From IMG/VR virus record IMGVR_UViG_3300028833_000053: a stretch of DNA of 64,000 bases, one strand, 5' to 3'. The notes beneath the pieces are model-generated. The model saw only the letters and a list, made by a program, of their open reading frames with translations, made no database searches and was not told where the DNA came from. The DNA comes from a virus (lineage: Duplodnaviria > Caudoviricetes). Positions 22,139-33,355 of the stretch are shown here, one piece after another. Position 1 is the first letter of the stretch. Every line of letters starts with the position of its first letter. The position numbers and the translations under genes are program-made.

Positions 22139-24034
22139 TCACTATCTCATAATATGAGAAATGTTGTTTTGTTTCTGGATGACCAACGTCTGAGTGTCGG
22201 CCATCGTGTTGAACATCTGCTCAACTTCTCCACGGTGGGAAATGATGTAGATGTTCGTGTTCTCCTTCTGCGAAAGTTGGAGAAGCAGTCCAAGAAGTTT
22301 CTGAATTGACACCGAATCCAACGCCCGGTCCACAACCTCGTCAATAATCATCACGTTCATGCAGACGTTGAACCTGGTCATAAGGAACTTTCGGAACGCC
22401 AATTGGCTTGAAATCAACAGCTTCATGCGCTCGCCTGCGGAACGCAAGTCAAGGTCAACCTCGTTGTCCCCTGCAAGAATGGCATAGTCGTTCATGTCGG
22501 ATGAAAGGGAGCATGTGAAGTTCACGCAAAGTTCGGAGAGGTTGGAGTTTATCATGGAGTTGATAGATGCCACCACCTTTGAAATGATGTTCCTGCGTAT
22601 GGAATCGGGTGAAACAATGTCGGAGCCAACCTTCAACAGGCAAAGACGCATAGCCTCTTCCTTCAACTCGCGTTCCACGTCACTGATGTCCGACAAGGTT
22701 TGCTGATAGACGGACCACGATGGAATTTTCTTCTCGTTCTCGATGGACTCCACCAAATCTGCTATCTTGCGCTCCAAGTCCTGTATGGACTTCACCAACT
22801 GAGCCTTTTGGAACTGAAGGTTGCGTTCCTGAACCTGCATGTCGCTCAACTCGCCCATTTTCGCCAGCTCGTCCGACTTCATCTTGTCGTCATAGGACTT
22901 CACCTTCTCTATCTGCTTTGTGCTGTTCCCAATCTTGACGTTCTCTTCCTCAATCTTCTTCTGCAAATTCTCTATCTCCTCGCGGTACACGTCAAGGGAA
23001 TAGAACTTGTTTACGGTTTTCTTGCAATCTTCGCAAATCATGCTCAGCACTTCCTTGTGCTTGTTCAATTCCCTCTGGTGATGCGAGATTGTGGTGTTGT
23101 GGTTGTTTATCTCAATACGTGAATTGGTTATGGTATCGTTGCAGGTGGATATGATTCCGTCCAACTTCTCCTTGTTTTCGCGTATCTTCTTCAATGTTTC
23201 CTCGATGACCTTCTTCTGTTCCTCTATCTCGACGAACTTGGGATCAAACTCATGCACCCTCTCTGCAAGTCCGTCCTTCTCCTTTTTGGTTTCATCTATC
23301 TGGTCGTTCACGCTTGCCTTGTACTTCGCTATCTCGTCCTCGCAGAGTTCCTTGTTCTTCGCTAACTTCACCTGATTCACCTTGAGGTTCTGCAGGACGA
23401 TGTTCCTTGCCTTTATGTCATCGCCCATCATCTTGTACATCTTGGAATAGATGGAAGTGTCAAACAGGGTTTCCACGAACTCCCGCTTCTGGGAGGCGTT
23501 TAATTTGAAAAAATTATATTTGTCCTCAACGGAAAGCATCACAAGCCTTTGGTACATCTCGAAGTTCATGAACAGAACGTTGTCCTCCATGAACTTCTGG
23601 GTGTTGGCGGTTGAGGACTTTGATATGTCCTTCCACTCGCCATCTTCAAGCACGAACAACTGAAGGACAACGGAAGCCTTGCTCTTCTGCAAGCCACGGA
23701 CAATCTTCCAATGTCGGACGTTGTTCTTTGAGAGAATGACATCCACTTCAACGGTGACGGACATCTTGAATCCGTCAAGCACCGTGTCGGTGTAATCGTT
23801 CTTTATGTTCTCGTTGTGGAACTTGCCGTTCAACTGCCCAAAGAGAGCGTACATCAAGGCGTGTGACCAGGCGGACTTGCCAGAACCATTTGAGGTGTTT
23901 CCCAAAGGGGATTCCGTGTCCTTGTTCTCGCCCTTTATGAGAACCAAGGGGGAGGTGTTTTCAAAATCCCATTCCTCGTCCTGAAACGAAAGGAAGTTGT
24001 GTATGATTATGTTCTTAATCTTTACTCGTGTCAT
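22139..24034 (-). CDS. recombination endonuclease ATPase subunit (T4 gp46/SbcC/Rad50)
   Basis: IHNFLSF, NGSGKS Walker A, CEDC zinc hook, SAGE signature, IIDE, IISH; last TAG followed directly by TGA. Confidence 0.9.
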
Positions 24035-24287
24035 TTAGCACCGCGTCAATCTTGTCTTCGTCAAATTCAATGTCATCCTCATCGTCATCATCGCAAATGT
24101 GCATGAAACTGATGAAACACTGAACCGTGATTATGTACAGCGTCAAAATGGCATAGCCAAAGAAAACGAAAAGAAGGGGCAATAACGCCAAGAACAATGG
24201 TATTATCCCCATGAACGCCAACACGAACAACCCAAGTTGTCCAACAATCCCTATGCACTTCAATATCGTTTTCATTTTATGCGCCAT
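24015..24287 (-). CDS. small membrane protein
   Basis: two hydrophobic segments and an acidic tail. Confidence 0.55.
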   Translation of the reverse strand: MAHKMKTILKCIGIVGQLGLFVLAFMGIIPLFLALLPLLFVFFGYAILTLYIITVQCFISFMHICDDDDEDDIEFDEDKIDAVLNDTSKD

Positions 24288-24349
24288 TTATCTGTATGTG
24301 AACTACGCTTAATTATACCACAACAAACCACCAGTTGTAAATACGTATA

Positions 24350-24580
24350 ATTGAAACAGATTTGTGGGAACTCGGAACCTCTTTCGGAGTGGCTCATCCC
24401 TGTTCTCCAAATTCGGGATCACGCCCCGAAGGTCGCATTAATCGGACGTGGCAAGGTAGGAAACACGCCCGTTAGGTACAGGCATATATGTCCGGTATCT
24501 ACTTTCTCCAGGCGGCTCGAAGATTCGCTCCGTGGGGTCGTACCCCTGGGATGGGAACGATAATGCCCATCCATTTTTTA
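24350..24580 (+). ncRNA. candidate structured non-coding RNA
   Basis: GC-rich non-coding stretch between late motif (24337) and hairpin plus T-tract (24549-24579); several stem-loops. Confidence 0.4.
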
Positions 24581-24607
24581 TGCTTCCATTTGGTAAATAC
24601 CTATGCA

Positions 24608-25150
24608 ATGAAGTGGCTGAAACTACATAACGAAGCAACGGACCAAGAGGGCGGAGAAAGCAAGTCAATCCCGGTGGAAGTTTCCACAAGGGAGATAAAG
24701 CTCATCCAGAACTACTTGAACAAGGGAAAGCCCTTGAACGATCCCTCAAACAAGGACGCTCTTGAAACGGTCATCCGGATATTGAACGACATCGTGAACA
24801 ACTCCGACATCGAGAACCTTGAAACCTACGTCTCAAACTTCTTCTTCGACAACCTTGGAATAGAGGTGGAACTTGACCCCTATGGCGAAAACTCTGCAAT
24901 TGAACTTTCGGAGAATGGCATGATTCACCTGAGCCACTGCGAATGGGTGGACTTGTGCGATGAAGGAAAGTATGCGGACTTGGTTCAAGGCGGATTCTGG
25001 GATGACTTCTCGGGAGAGCTTGAAGAGGGTTTCATTTCCGTTGAGGACTTGAACAAGGTTCTTTCCGGAATGAAAGTTGGAAATGGAGTGAAATCCATCC
25101 AACTGAAGGAAGAGGGCGACGTTGCGAAGCTGCTGTTGAATTTTAACTAA
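24608..25150 (+). CDS. putative internal head protein (MKWLKLHNE tag)
   Basis: late motif at 24593; acidic. Confidence 0.6.
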   Translation: MKWLKLHNEATDQEGGESKSIPVEVSTREIKLIQNYLNKGKPLNDPSNKDALETVIRILNDIVNNSDIENLETYVSNFFFDNLGIEVELDPYGENSAIELSENGMIHLSHCEWVDLCDEGKYADLVQGGFWDDFSGELEEGFISVEDLNKVLSGMKVGNGVKSIQLKEEGDVAKLLLNFN

Positions 25151-25164
25151 CGAGGAAACTTGAA

Positions 25165-25626
25165 ATGAAATGGAAGAAACTGAACGAAAGCGTGAATGAC
25201 GCTGCGGAGGAACTGGCGGAAGTTGAAGAGCCCGTCAAGATAAAGGACGTGGATGAAATCGCTCCCGAAGAGGATGGCTTTGGCAACTACGCATCGGACG
25301 TAAGGCATCTCATCGACGAATACATCGGAGACCAGGCAAGGAAATACTACACCAACCGCCGCATCCCTGAAGATGAGGAAGAGGAAATGCGCGAGAACCT
25401 TGTCGGTGTGTACGTCAAGTTCGAGTATTGGGCTCCGGAAGACGAGGATTATGAAGCGGGTTATGACGATGGTGAGGTGCTGTTCATCATTGACAAGACC
25501 GACGGTAGCCTCTGCAACGTGGACTGGTTCGAGTGCAACTATCCAGACAACGTTTACGATGAGGTGGAAGACGCGGCGTACAAGTATCTCGGAGTGAAGA
25601 AGGGCATTAATTGCTGCCCGGACTAA
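25165..25626 (+). CDS. putative internal head protein (MKWKKLNES tag)
   Basis: GAGG RBS; acidic. Confidence 0.65.
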   Translation: MKWKKLNESVNDAAEELAEVEEPVKIKDVDEIAPEEDGFGNYASDVRHLIDEYIGDQARKYYTNRRIPEDEEEEMRENLVGVYVKFEYWAPEDEDYEAGYDDGEVLFIIDKTDGSLCNVDWFECNYPDNVYDEVEDAAYKYLGVKKGINCCPD

Positions 25627-25658
25627 TCAATTTGACAAACAAGAAGGTGAAACAAACA

Positions 25659-26039
25659 ATGACAACAGAACTATATGCAAATTTCGTTGACAATGGACAG
25701 GAGAAAGCCACCAAGTTCCTCATTTCAGATGAATGGGCGAGCGTTGAGGAAATCCTGAAGAAGGACGCGGTTTTCTCCAATCCAAAGTACATCAAGATTG
25801 AGGACGTGCCAAAAGATCTTCCCAACCTCACAAGGTTCCTGCGCGACAGGAGCTGTCTTACGGTGCGCGTGTTCGACTATGACAAGGCTACCAAGACCAC
25901 GGGCAATGGACTTGCCTCCATGGTCATCCTGATTCAGGGAACTTCCAACCAGATAATCACCATGAAGAAGCTCTCCGGTGGCTACAAGGACGAGGACTTC
26001 ATGACGCAGCTCAATCCAGTGTTGGCAAAGGTCAGCTGA
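25659..26039 (+). CDS. hypothetical protein
   Basis: AAGGTG RBS, ATG 25659. Confidence 0.6.
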   Translation: MTTELYANFVDNGQEKATKFLISDEWASVEEILKKDAVFSNPKYIKIEDVPKDLPNLTRFLRDRSCLTVRVFDYDKATKTTGNGLASMVILIQGTSNQIITMKKLSGGYKDEDFMTQLNPVLAKVS

Positions 26040-26053
26040 TGGAGGGCAATCCC

Positions 26054-26245
26054 ATGTGGAAGAAATTGAATGAAAGCGGTGGTGAAGCCACGGAAGAGGA
26101 AATCAACAAGGACATTGAAAACGTATATTTCCAACTTGAAGCCATCAGGCAGAAACTTTTTCGCAGCATGGACGTTAAACTCAGAACGAAGTTCATGAAG
26201 CCAATTTGCAATTTGATGAGCATTTTAGACTACGAATTTGACTAA
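26054..26245 (+). CDS. small putative internal head protein (MWKKLNES tag)
   Basis: GGAGGG RBS, shared N-terminal motif. Confidence 0.55.
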   Translation: MWKKLNESGGEATEEEINKDIENVYFQLEAIRQKLFRSMDVKLRTKFMKPICNLMSILDYEFD

Positions 26246-26248
26246 AAG

Positions 26249-26929
26249 TCAAGTCAATATGGATTCGATGGGAGAATAACCATGATTGAATATAAATTCA
26301 TGACTGGCATTCTCCCTTCCTGTTTCAGTGGGGATATGCCAAATATACCCTTTTGCATATGAGTGTATTCCTGAAATAGGAGTATACTGAATGAAAATAT
26401 TTTTACTTGAAGCGAAAATCAAATCACTGTGAAAGACCTTGTTTCTCCTGACCCTATAACAATCAGCCGTACCCACATTGTCCAGGTATGCTATAAAAGC
26501 GTCATACATATCTTTGAATACCATATAGGCATGTGAACCATAGCAATTTGCGTTAGACAAAAGGTTATCATCAAATGGCTTGCCACACTTCAAAAATGAA
26601 TATCCGAAAATCAACAGCTTGCATCTATCGGGCATGGAGTTAAGACATTTCTCTAATTCTTGACATATGCCATTGCAAGGATAGGCATCATCTTCAAATA
26701 TGCAAACAAAAGGCAAATCCAATTGTTTGGCTCTCAAAACCAATTCCTTATGAGATGCTAAACAATTTTGGGGGCCCGTATTTTCCTACTTGCAAATTCC
26801 CTGAAACTTCTATGGAATTGGGAGTAACCTGTGCGCCTAAAACAATTTATTAAACCTGGCAAGCCTTACGTCGTCTATAGAAATTACAAATGAATTAGCC
26901 AAAAGCTGCTCAACAGTTATTTTATTCAT
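26249..26929 (-). CDS. glycosyltransferase family 25-like, 226 aa (3 TAG)
   Basis: ATG 26929; FVISID..RLARF...CLASHKELV...CIFEDDA...YGSHAYMV; AT-rich. Confidence 0.75.
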
Positions 26930-26960
26930 CAATATGCCTTTCAAATCAATTATACTTTCT

Positions 26961-27992
26961 TTATAACGATTGCATATTTCTCAATGCCTCGTCAATATCA
27001 ATATCACTGGATTCAACCAACTTATACAGTTGAGATATATACCAGCAACTGTCAATGACATCAAGACGCTGAAGGAACTTGAAAGTGGAGTTTGCAGTGA
27101 GCCATTCCCTGTTCGTGCGCATTTCCTCGGCTTCCTTTTCGTTTGACGGATTGATTCCAGACCTTCTGCGCACCTATACCATTTCATCCTTCAACTCCGC
27201 CACCACGCGCATATTCTCTTGTATCTCGTCCTTGATCTCTTCCAATCTTCTTTGAACCAAAGACATCATCTACTCGTTTGAATACACGTCCTTGTTCGAG
27301 GACTGCTCCAGAATGGCATTGTATTTATAGAGGTTTTTGTGCAATTCAAACAAGGCGGTTTGGACCCGCAAACCAAACTCAAACGCCTCGTTCCATGACT
27401 GCTCATATTCGGAATATGGATCAAACTCCATATCAACCAACATCGGACCTGAAAGCCACTTGTCGTTCATCAAGTCATAGCAGCCGCAAGAACCCATGTC
27501 CGCGTAGATGTTTGGCTGGAAGTAGAACTCAAGCGGATGGGCGCCGCCAACAAGCAAATCCTCCCCTGCCAATATCTTGTCCTGTTCCAACTTGCGAAGG
27601 TTGTTCAATTTCTCAGCAGTTTCTGGTGGCAATTCAACTTGAATGTGAATGTCAACATCGGCATCATCGGTATATTGGTTTGAGCAAATTGAACCGACAA
27701 CGTTTACGCCAGTTGCCTCCACCTTGTACCTGGCAAGGAACTTGTCAACCAATTCAAGGGCTTTCTGCTTTATATCCTCCTTGATGACATAGCCCGATTC
27801 AGTCTTGTCCCAAACTTCGGAGCAAAGGGTCTCTGAAACTGGATAGTCTATGGTAGATTCCTTTTTGATGGATTCTGCAGCAACCCCAACAACACCAGAA
27901 CCATGTACTGCTTCAAGCCCACAGGACGTTCCACCGGACATCCCAATGGGGTTGGGGCAGACCAACAATCCAGATTTCTTCTTTTCCGCCAT
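26961..27992 (-). CDS. nucleotidyltransferase-fold protein, 343 aa (2 TAG)
   Basis: VVGSICSNQYTDDADVDIHI (GS...DxD); ORFs 27270-28019 and 26961-27173 are in frame. Confidence 0.7.
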
Positions 27993-27994
27993 TG

Positions 27995-29575
27995 TTAAAA
28001 CTCCATCCTTGTAATGCAATTCACGAAATCGCCAAACGCCTCGGAATCCTCCAAAGCGACTGCAATGGGCTTCTTGAAAAAGTCATACCACTTCTTCGCC
28101 CTTGCATATCCAGGATATGTTGAAGATGCCACAAGCCTGTCAAACTTCTTCACCTTGCCAACTATCTTCACTGGCACGGTTCCCGTCAATGCAATTCCAA
28201 CCATAATCTTGTCAGGTTGGTTCTCACCATTAAGGACAAGTCCTGGTTTTGACGTGACAATGGCATTGCACACGCCCTTTCTTGACAAAGTTATCTCCTT
28301 CTCACCACCGAACATCACCAACGTCCCAGGTTCATAATCTTTGTCAGACTCCTTGAACTCGGCAAGGTCTGCCCAACGTGAACGCATGGCAGTACCGTTG
28401 ATTTCCTTGTCAAACGTGGTTTGCCCCAAGAACCTGGCATTGTGGAAGAAACGGCATTCGCCAATGAAGGAGTTATGGGTGTAGAAATCCGCACGTTCGC
28501 CATAGTGGTATTCGTTTCCGCGGACCTTCAACACGCCATTTACATCTGGATGCTTTGCACGTACCTTCTCCTGCAATCCGCATCTTCCATCGCTCTAATC
28601 AAGGTCTTTCCAATCCTCATATGTAACGTCTTGCGTGGATTTCGTAACTTCACCGCCCAAAAACCCTTCGTGAATCAAATGACCAAATTCGTTTCTTTCA
28701 TCCGCGGTATGCAAGGTAAGAGGCTTGATGTCAACCTCTGCCCATTTGTCCTGGTTTGCAAGTTTCCAGTTTATCAGGGCGCGGATGGCATTGAACAACC
28801 AAGTCATGCTCATCTTCCTCGAAACATATCCATTGTGAGAACCATACTTCGTCGCACCATCGCCCAACCATTCGGAAACCTCTATGTAGGAACGCATGAT
28901 GTTGTGTCTCAAGGTATCCCTGTCCAAAGTTGTTATTGAACCTTCTGTTGAATCATCCCCACGTTTGGCATGAACATCATCCTCGGCATTATATGGATCG
29001 ACCATTTCATCAAGTTTTCTGGGAAGAAGCTTGTTCGTATATCCACTGAATTTCCTGTAGTCGAAAACACGGTCAATGTCACGCAAGAGATTGTATGGAT
29101 GCTCGTTCCATTCCACTATTTGCCATTTTGGGTCTGACGTGTCTGTTCCAGTACCAACGGGACACCAATCCCAGTAGAAATAGGCATCGTCAACATGCTG
29201 TCCATAAGACCATATCAATTGCTTCTGAAAAATGTCGTCGATGTTCTCAATACGTGCCTATGTCACGGTAAGTTGATATGGAAAATACCTCCCCAGCTCG
29301 TTCTTGAAATACTCTTCCTTCTGGACGGCGCTATAAGCTGTTGGAGCCTTTCTCTTGATGAGGTCTTCTATTTTAGCCCTTTTCCATGCGTCTGTTTGTC
29401 CATCGTACCCGGATGAACCCGTTTTTGGATATTCCAATTTATCCAACGTGGCATCCAACTAGGCCGTTGTGGCGGAATCAAATACCTAATAGGCATTTAC
29501 GTCATGCTGGTTTATGAACCTGCGTATCTATTCTTCCGGTCCCCAAAATGGTACTTCTGAAACTCGTTTAATCAT
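27995..29575 (-). CDS. tail fibre/spike-like protein with C-terminal peptidase G2-type autocleaving chaperone, 526 aa (5 TAG)
   Basis: three ORFs joined across TAG; 'ADLAE...YEPGTLVMFGG...KPGLVLNG...IALTGTVPVKIVGKV...LVASS.PGYA'; late motif at 29608. Confidence 0.7.
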
Positions 29576-29698
29576 GGCTGATTGTTCTCATTATGCTTTG
29601 TCCATTGTATTTACCATTATCGGGGAATATGACATTCCCTGCTGATACTGATAGACACATTCGGAACAAGAGCCGAACAACCCTAAAATGAATTGATT

Positions 29699-29818
29699 TT
29701 ACCTTGCCGCTTCAAACGTGAGCATGGAAAGACCCGCAAGATATACGGCTTCCATCCCAGAGCAAAGGCATGACCACACCGCAAATCCAATCGCGGCAAA
29801 TGGCATCCACTTCTTCAT
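29699..29818 (-). CDS. 39-aa hydrophobic peptide
   Basis: MKKWMPFAAIGFAVWSCLCSG...; TATAAT-like box upstream at ~29845. Confidence 0.35.
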   Translation of the reverse strand: MKKWMPFAAIGFAVWSCLCSGMEAVYLAGLSMLTFEAAR

Positions 29819-29855
29819 TTTCCAAACAAAGTTCATACTTCAATTATACCAAAAA

Positions 29856-31847
29856 TCAGAATTCCGTCAACACGTCATATTCCTCTTCACCATCATCCCA
29901 ATCCGTGCCATTCATGAAGTCAAAGGTCTCGTTCACGGAGAAAAACTCCCGCTTCATGCCATGCCCCCACTGGCGGTTTCCATAGAACAACTCGTCCTGG
30001 GGAATGTCCCTTTCCGAACCATCCAATTTGATTATCCTATGCTCTTCAAGATTGCCCAGCTGGGAAATGATGCTCTTGTTTGCCGGTAGGTTCAAAGTCT
30101 CTTCAATGAGGCTCTTGTCAAATGGACTTGTGTATGCTACGGATTCTGGTAGAATCCGATCCATTTTCGTCTTGAAAGCCTTTGTCACAGCATAGTGTTG
30201 CTGTATGGTGTCGGCGAAAAGCAAGTACATTCCCCACACCCACGTCAGCATATAGTCGTCATGGCACTTGTCCTTTGCGGAGAACGTTATGGAATTGCTT
30301 GTGTTCTTGCGGACAAACGTTCCCATTTCATTCACCAACAACTCGTCTGGAATCGCAATGTCAATTTCCTCGGTTGTTATAAGCTCGTTCAAGAACATGC
30401 AGGCTTCAAGTTTCGTCTTGTTCTTTGACTTCACGCCATATGTTATCTCCCCATATTTTCCCGTTGGGGAAATAGCCTGCTCATAGAACATTCTGTCCCT
30501 TGGGTACATGTAGGTGTCCATCATAATGTCCACGAAGCCTGCACCAACGCCATTGTTCTCAAATATCAAAGGCGGGAATCCATACAGTTTCAAGAACTCA
30601 TATGTGGCATAGCCAAAATCCACGAGGGTCGCCTTGGAACACGACATACGAGCGCAAAGGGATATGTGGCGGACGTCCGTAACGTCCCACACGTTCATCA
30701 CGGAAGAGTCGTTTCCAGTTCCCTCCGAAATATCCCCAGAAGCAGCATACGTCCTTGATGGATCAAATGGTTTCCAGAAATACGCCGTTATTTCCTTGTC
30801 GGGGTTCTTGGACAGATTCAACTGCGCGGGTTCTGGGAAGTTCTTTAGATTCATTCTGAAATGCTCTATGGAATCGGACGGCACAAGGGAGGCATCACCA
30901 CTTGACTTGAACTCGCACTCGAATTCCTGCATCCAACGGTTTATGCCAATCGTTGCAATTTGCTGGCGTTTCCATTCCTCGTCACGTCCAGGCACATCAT
31001 ACCACAAGAAGCGGAACGGACGCCAGTTCTCCTCAGATTCCACGTTGGGGTCGGTAGCCTGCTGCCATGTGTCATAGAACAGATTGTTGGCGGTTCCATT
31101 TGGAGTTGAAACCATGATTGCCTTTGAATCCTTGGAAGATGAAAGCACAGGGAACACGGACGCCATAAACTCGTCGGCGATTCCCTTTGGCAAGAATGCA
31201 GCCTCGTCCATCACAAGAACGTTTGCGGAGAAACCACGGCAACCTGATGAACCCGTGGCGAAGCAACGAATGATGGAGTTGTTCTCAAACTCAATGCACT
31301 TCTTGTTGTACGTTGTCACGCCAATTTTTATGGAAGAAGGACAGTACTCATAGGCAAGGCGGATACGATCCATGATTTCAATGGCAATATCCAACTTGTT
31401 TCCGCACACCATGATTCTCTTGTCTGGATGATACATCGCATACCACAAGAGGAACACGGTGTAGATTGTGGTTTTTCCCACCTGACGCGAAGCCGTAACT
31501 ATGACACGGTTGTTGTCCTAAATGAACTTGAGCAGTTCCTGCTGTTTTGGATATGGGTTCAGCGTGACAAGACCATCGCGCAGTGAAACTATCTTGAAGT
31601 ATTTTTTGCAGAAGTAAAGTATGTCCTTCTTGCAACGTTTCAATTCCTTTGCAGTTGCCTTGAACTGCTCAGGGGTCATTATCTCCTTCTCGCCAGCCTT
31701 CTTGATTGAAGCCAGCTCCTTGTCACCGTTCTTCTTGTTTGGAAGCAAAGCCGCGGAAGCCAACTATGGCTAATTGCTTTTTGGCTTGTTCCCCAAATCA
31801 AGATCGGCGAACTTGTCTATTTCAGTTTTTCCTATTTCCTTTGGCAT
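29856..31847 (-). CDS. terL: large terminase subunit (T4 gp17-like), 663 aa (3 TAG)
   Basis: PYPKQQELLKFI*DNNRVIVTASRQVGKTT, LVMDEAAF, VSTPNG, WYDVPGRDEEWK, QEFECEF, DISEG.G.DSS, HDD; ATG 31847 with GAGGT RBS. Confidence 0.93.
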
Positions 31848-31988
31848 ATAATACCTCGTTCAATTATACTTTATCTAAAACCAAATTAAGTTATTTACAA
31901 AGTTATGAACAAAATATCAACAGGCTGGGTAAACAAAATTGCGCCTGGACTTTCGCCCAGACGCAACCCCTTGTTCTGAGGGCGAGGA

Positions 31989-33113
31989 TTAGACCTCGTG
32001 GGATTCGTTGAGGTTCTTGCCGAACTTCTCACGCCACTCCTTGTAGAGCGGATGGCGCATGAGGTTCATCACGGCCACGGAGGGCTTGATGCGCTCGGTG
32101 CCAACTCGGGCGGCGGTCATAGCCATCGTTGCGAACGCCGGGGGCAGACCCATCGAGATGCGGAGGAAGCCATTGACTCGGTTCGCGGTGTCCTTGTCGT
32201 CCGTACCACGCCAGAGGTGGTACACCATCGCGGAGGTGAGCGCGTACTTGAGGTCGTCGCGGGTCGGGATGACAACCTTCTTCTTGGGATCGGTCATCAT
32301 GTCAAGCACGTTGTCCATCTGAGCGGACAGCTTGTAGAACTCCATGAACTGCTGCCCAGCGGGGACACCAACCAGACCATACACGGCCTTGCGGAGCAGG
32401 GTCTCGTTCTTGAGAATCTTGCACATTTCGGAAACGCGCTCCCAAGAACGGGGGGTCGGGAAGCCACGCTCAAGGTTCTGGTCATCCACGGAGAGCAGAA
32501 GCTGCGGCTTGAAGTTGATGAAGCCAACCACGGTCGGGTGGATGTCATGCGAAACGGCCCACGTCACCCAGTCCTCGGCATTCGCCTCAATCTCAAGGTG
32601 CATCATGCGGTTCGCAAGAGCGGAGGACATCGTGGTGGAAACTGCGCGGTCGCAAGAGCGGTTGCCAGCGGCCACAATGAACCACTTGGACGGAACCTTA
32701 TAGACGCTGCCACCACCAAGCTGGCGGTCAAGGATAAGCTCGTAGGAGGCAACCTGCACGTCCTTGGGCGCGGCGCTCAGCTCGTCAAGGAAGATGATGC
32801 CACCCTTCTCGTTGTCGATGGGGAAGATGTCAGAGGGAAGCCACTGAACGTTGTGCTTCTCGGTATTGGGAACAGGGAGACCACGGATGTCAATGGACTC
32901 CATCTGGGCGAGGCGGACGTCCACGAAGCCAACGCCCATCTCCTTTGCCAGAGACTTGACGATGGTGGACTTGCCAACGCCAGGTGCGCCCCACACCATG
33001 ACGGGCGGAAGTTTGGAAGAGGTATTCTCGTCAGCGAGAATAGTCTCGATTGAGGAACGCAGGATGTCCTGCAGTTCGCTTGCGTGTACCACGTTGTGCG
33101 TGTCGATTGCCAT
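31989..33113 (-). CDS. MoxR-family AAA+ ATPase
   Basis: VMVWGAPGVGKS, DIRGLP, IIFLDEL, AAGNR, ALANRM.H, TPRSWE. Confidence 0.88.
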   Translation of the reverse strand: MAIDTHNVVHASELQDILRSSIETILADENTSSKLPPVMVWGAPGVGKSTIVKSLAKEMGVGFVDVRLAQMESIDIRGLPVPNTEKHNVQWLPSDIFPIDNEKGGIIFLDELSAAPKDVQVASYELILDRQLGGGSVYKVPSKWFIVAAGNRSCDRAVSTTMSSALANRMMHLEIEANAEDWVTWAVSHDIHPTVVGFINFKPQLLLSVDDQNLERGFPTPRSWERVSEMCKILKNETLLRKAVYGLVGVPAGQQFMEFYKLSAQMDNVLDMMTDPKKKVVIPTRDDLKYALTSAMVYHLWRGTDDKDTANRVNGFLRISMGLPPAFATMAMTAARVGTERIKPSVAVMNLMRHPLYKEWREKFGKNLNESHEV

Positions 33114-33169
33114 AACTAACTTACTCCTTTAGGGAATCTCGTGGGCGTTCCCTTTTGCCCTCAGAACAC

Positions 33170-33205
33170 TTACAGTATAACATATCCCCATCGGAAAAGC
33201 AATAG
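33170..33205 (-). promoter_or_regulatory. sigma70-type early promoter of moxR
   Basis: TTGCTT-17 bp-TATACT; near-identical leader at 62200-62290. Confidence 0.75.
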
Positions 33206-33279
33206 GGTTCTGAAAAATAATTAAATATTTTTATTGAATAGTTTTGGCTATAAAATACGCAAAAATGGCAATTATGCAA

Positions 33280-33346
33280 AGAAGCCGCACACCCGATTCC
33301 CTTGCTTTTGGTAGATAGAAGGAAAGAACCCTCGGATGTGCGGCTA
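33280..33346 (-). terminator. long hairpin after giant gene
   Basis: agccgcaca...tgtgcggct inverted repeat. Confidence 0.45.
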
Positions 33347-33355
33347 TTGAATCAA

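Noticed and set aside
24350-24580. Suppressor tRNA-CUA
   Set aside because: No cloverleaf or T-loop consensus recognisable; no tRNA found by eye anywhere in the window
31998-33053. Long plus-strand ORFs opposite real genes (also 40913-42505, 42800-43807, 49917-50909, 53558-54736, 11191-11769)
   Set aside because: Antisense shadows of codon-biased genes with no motifs or RBS
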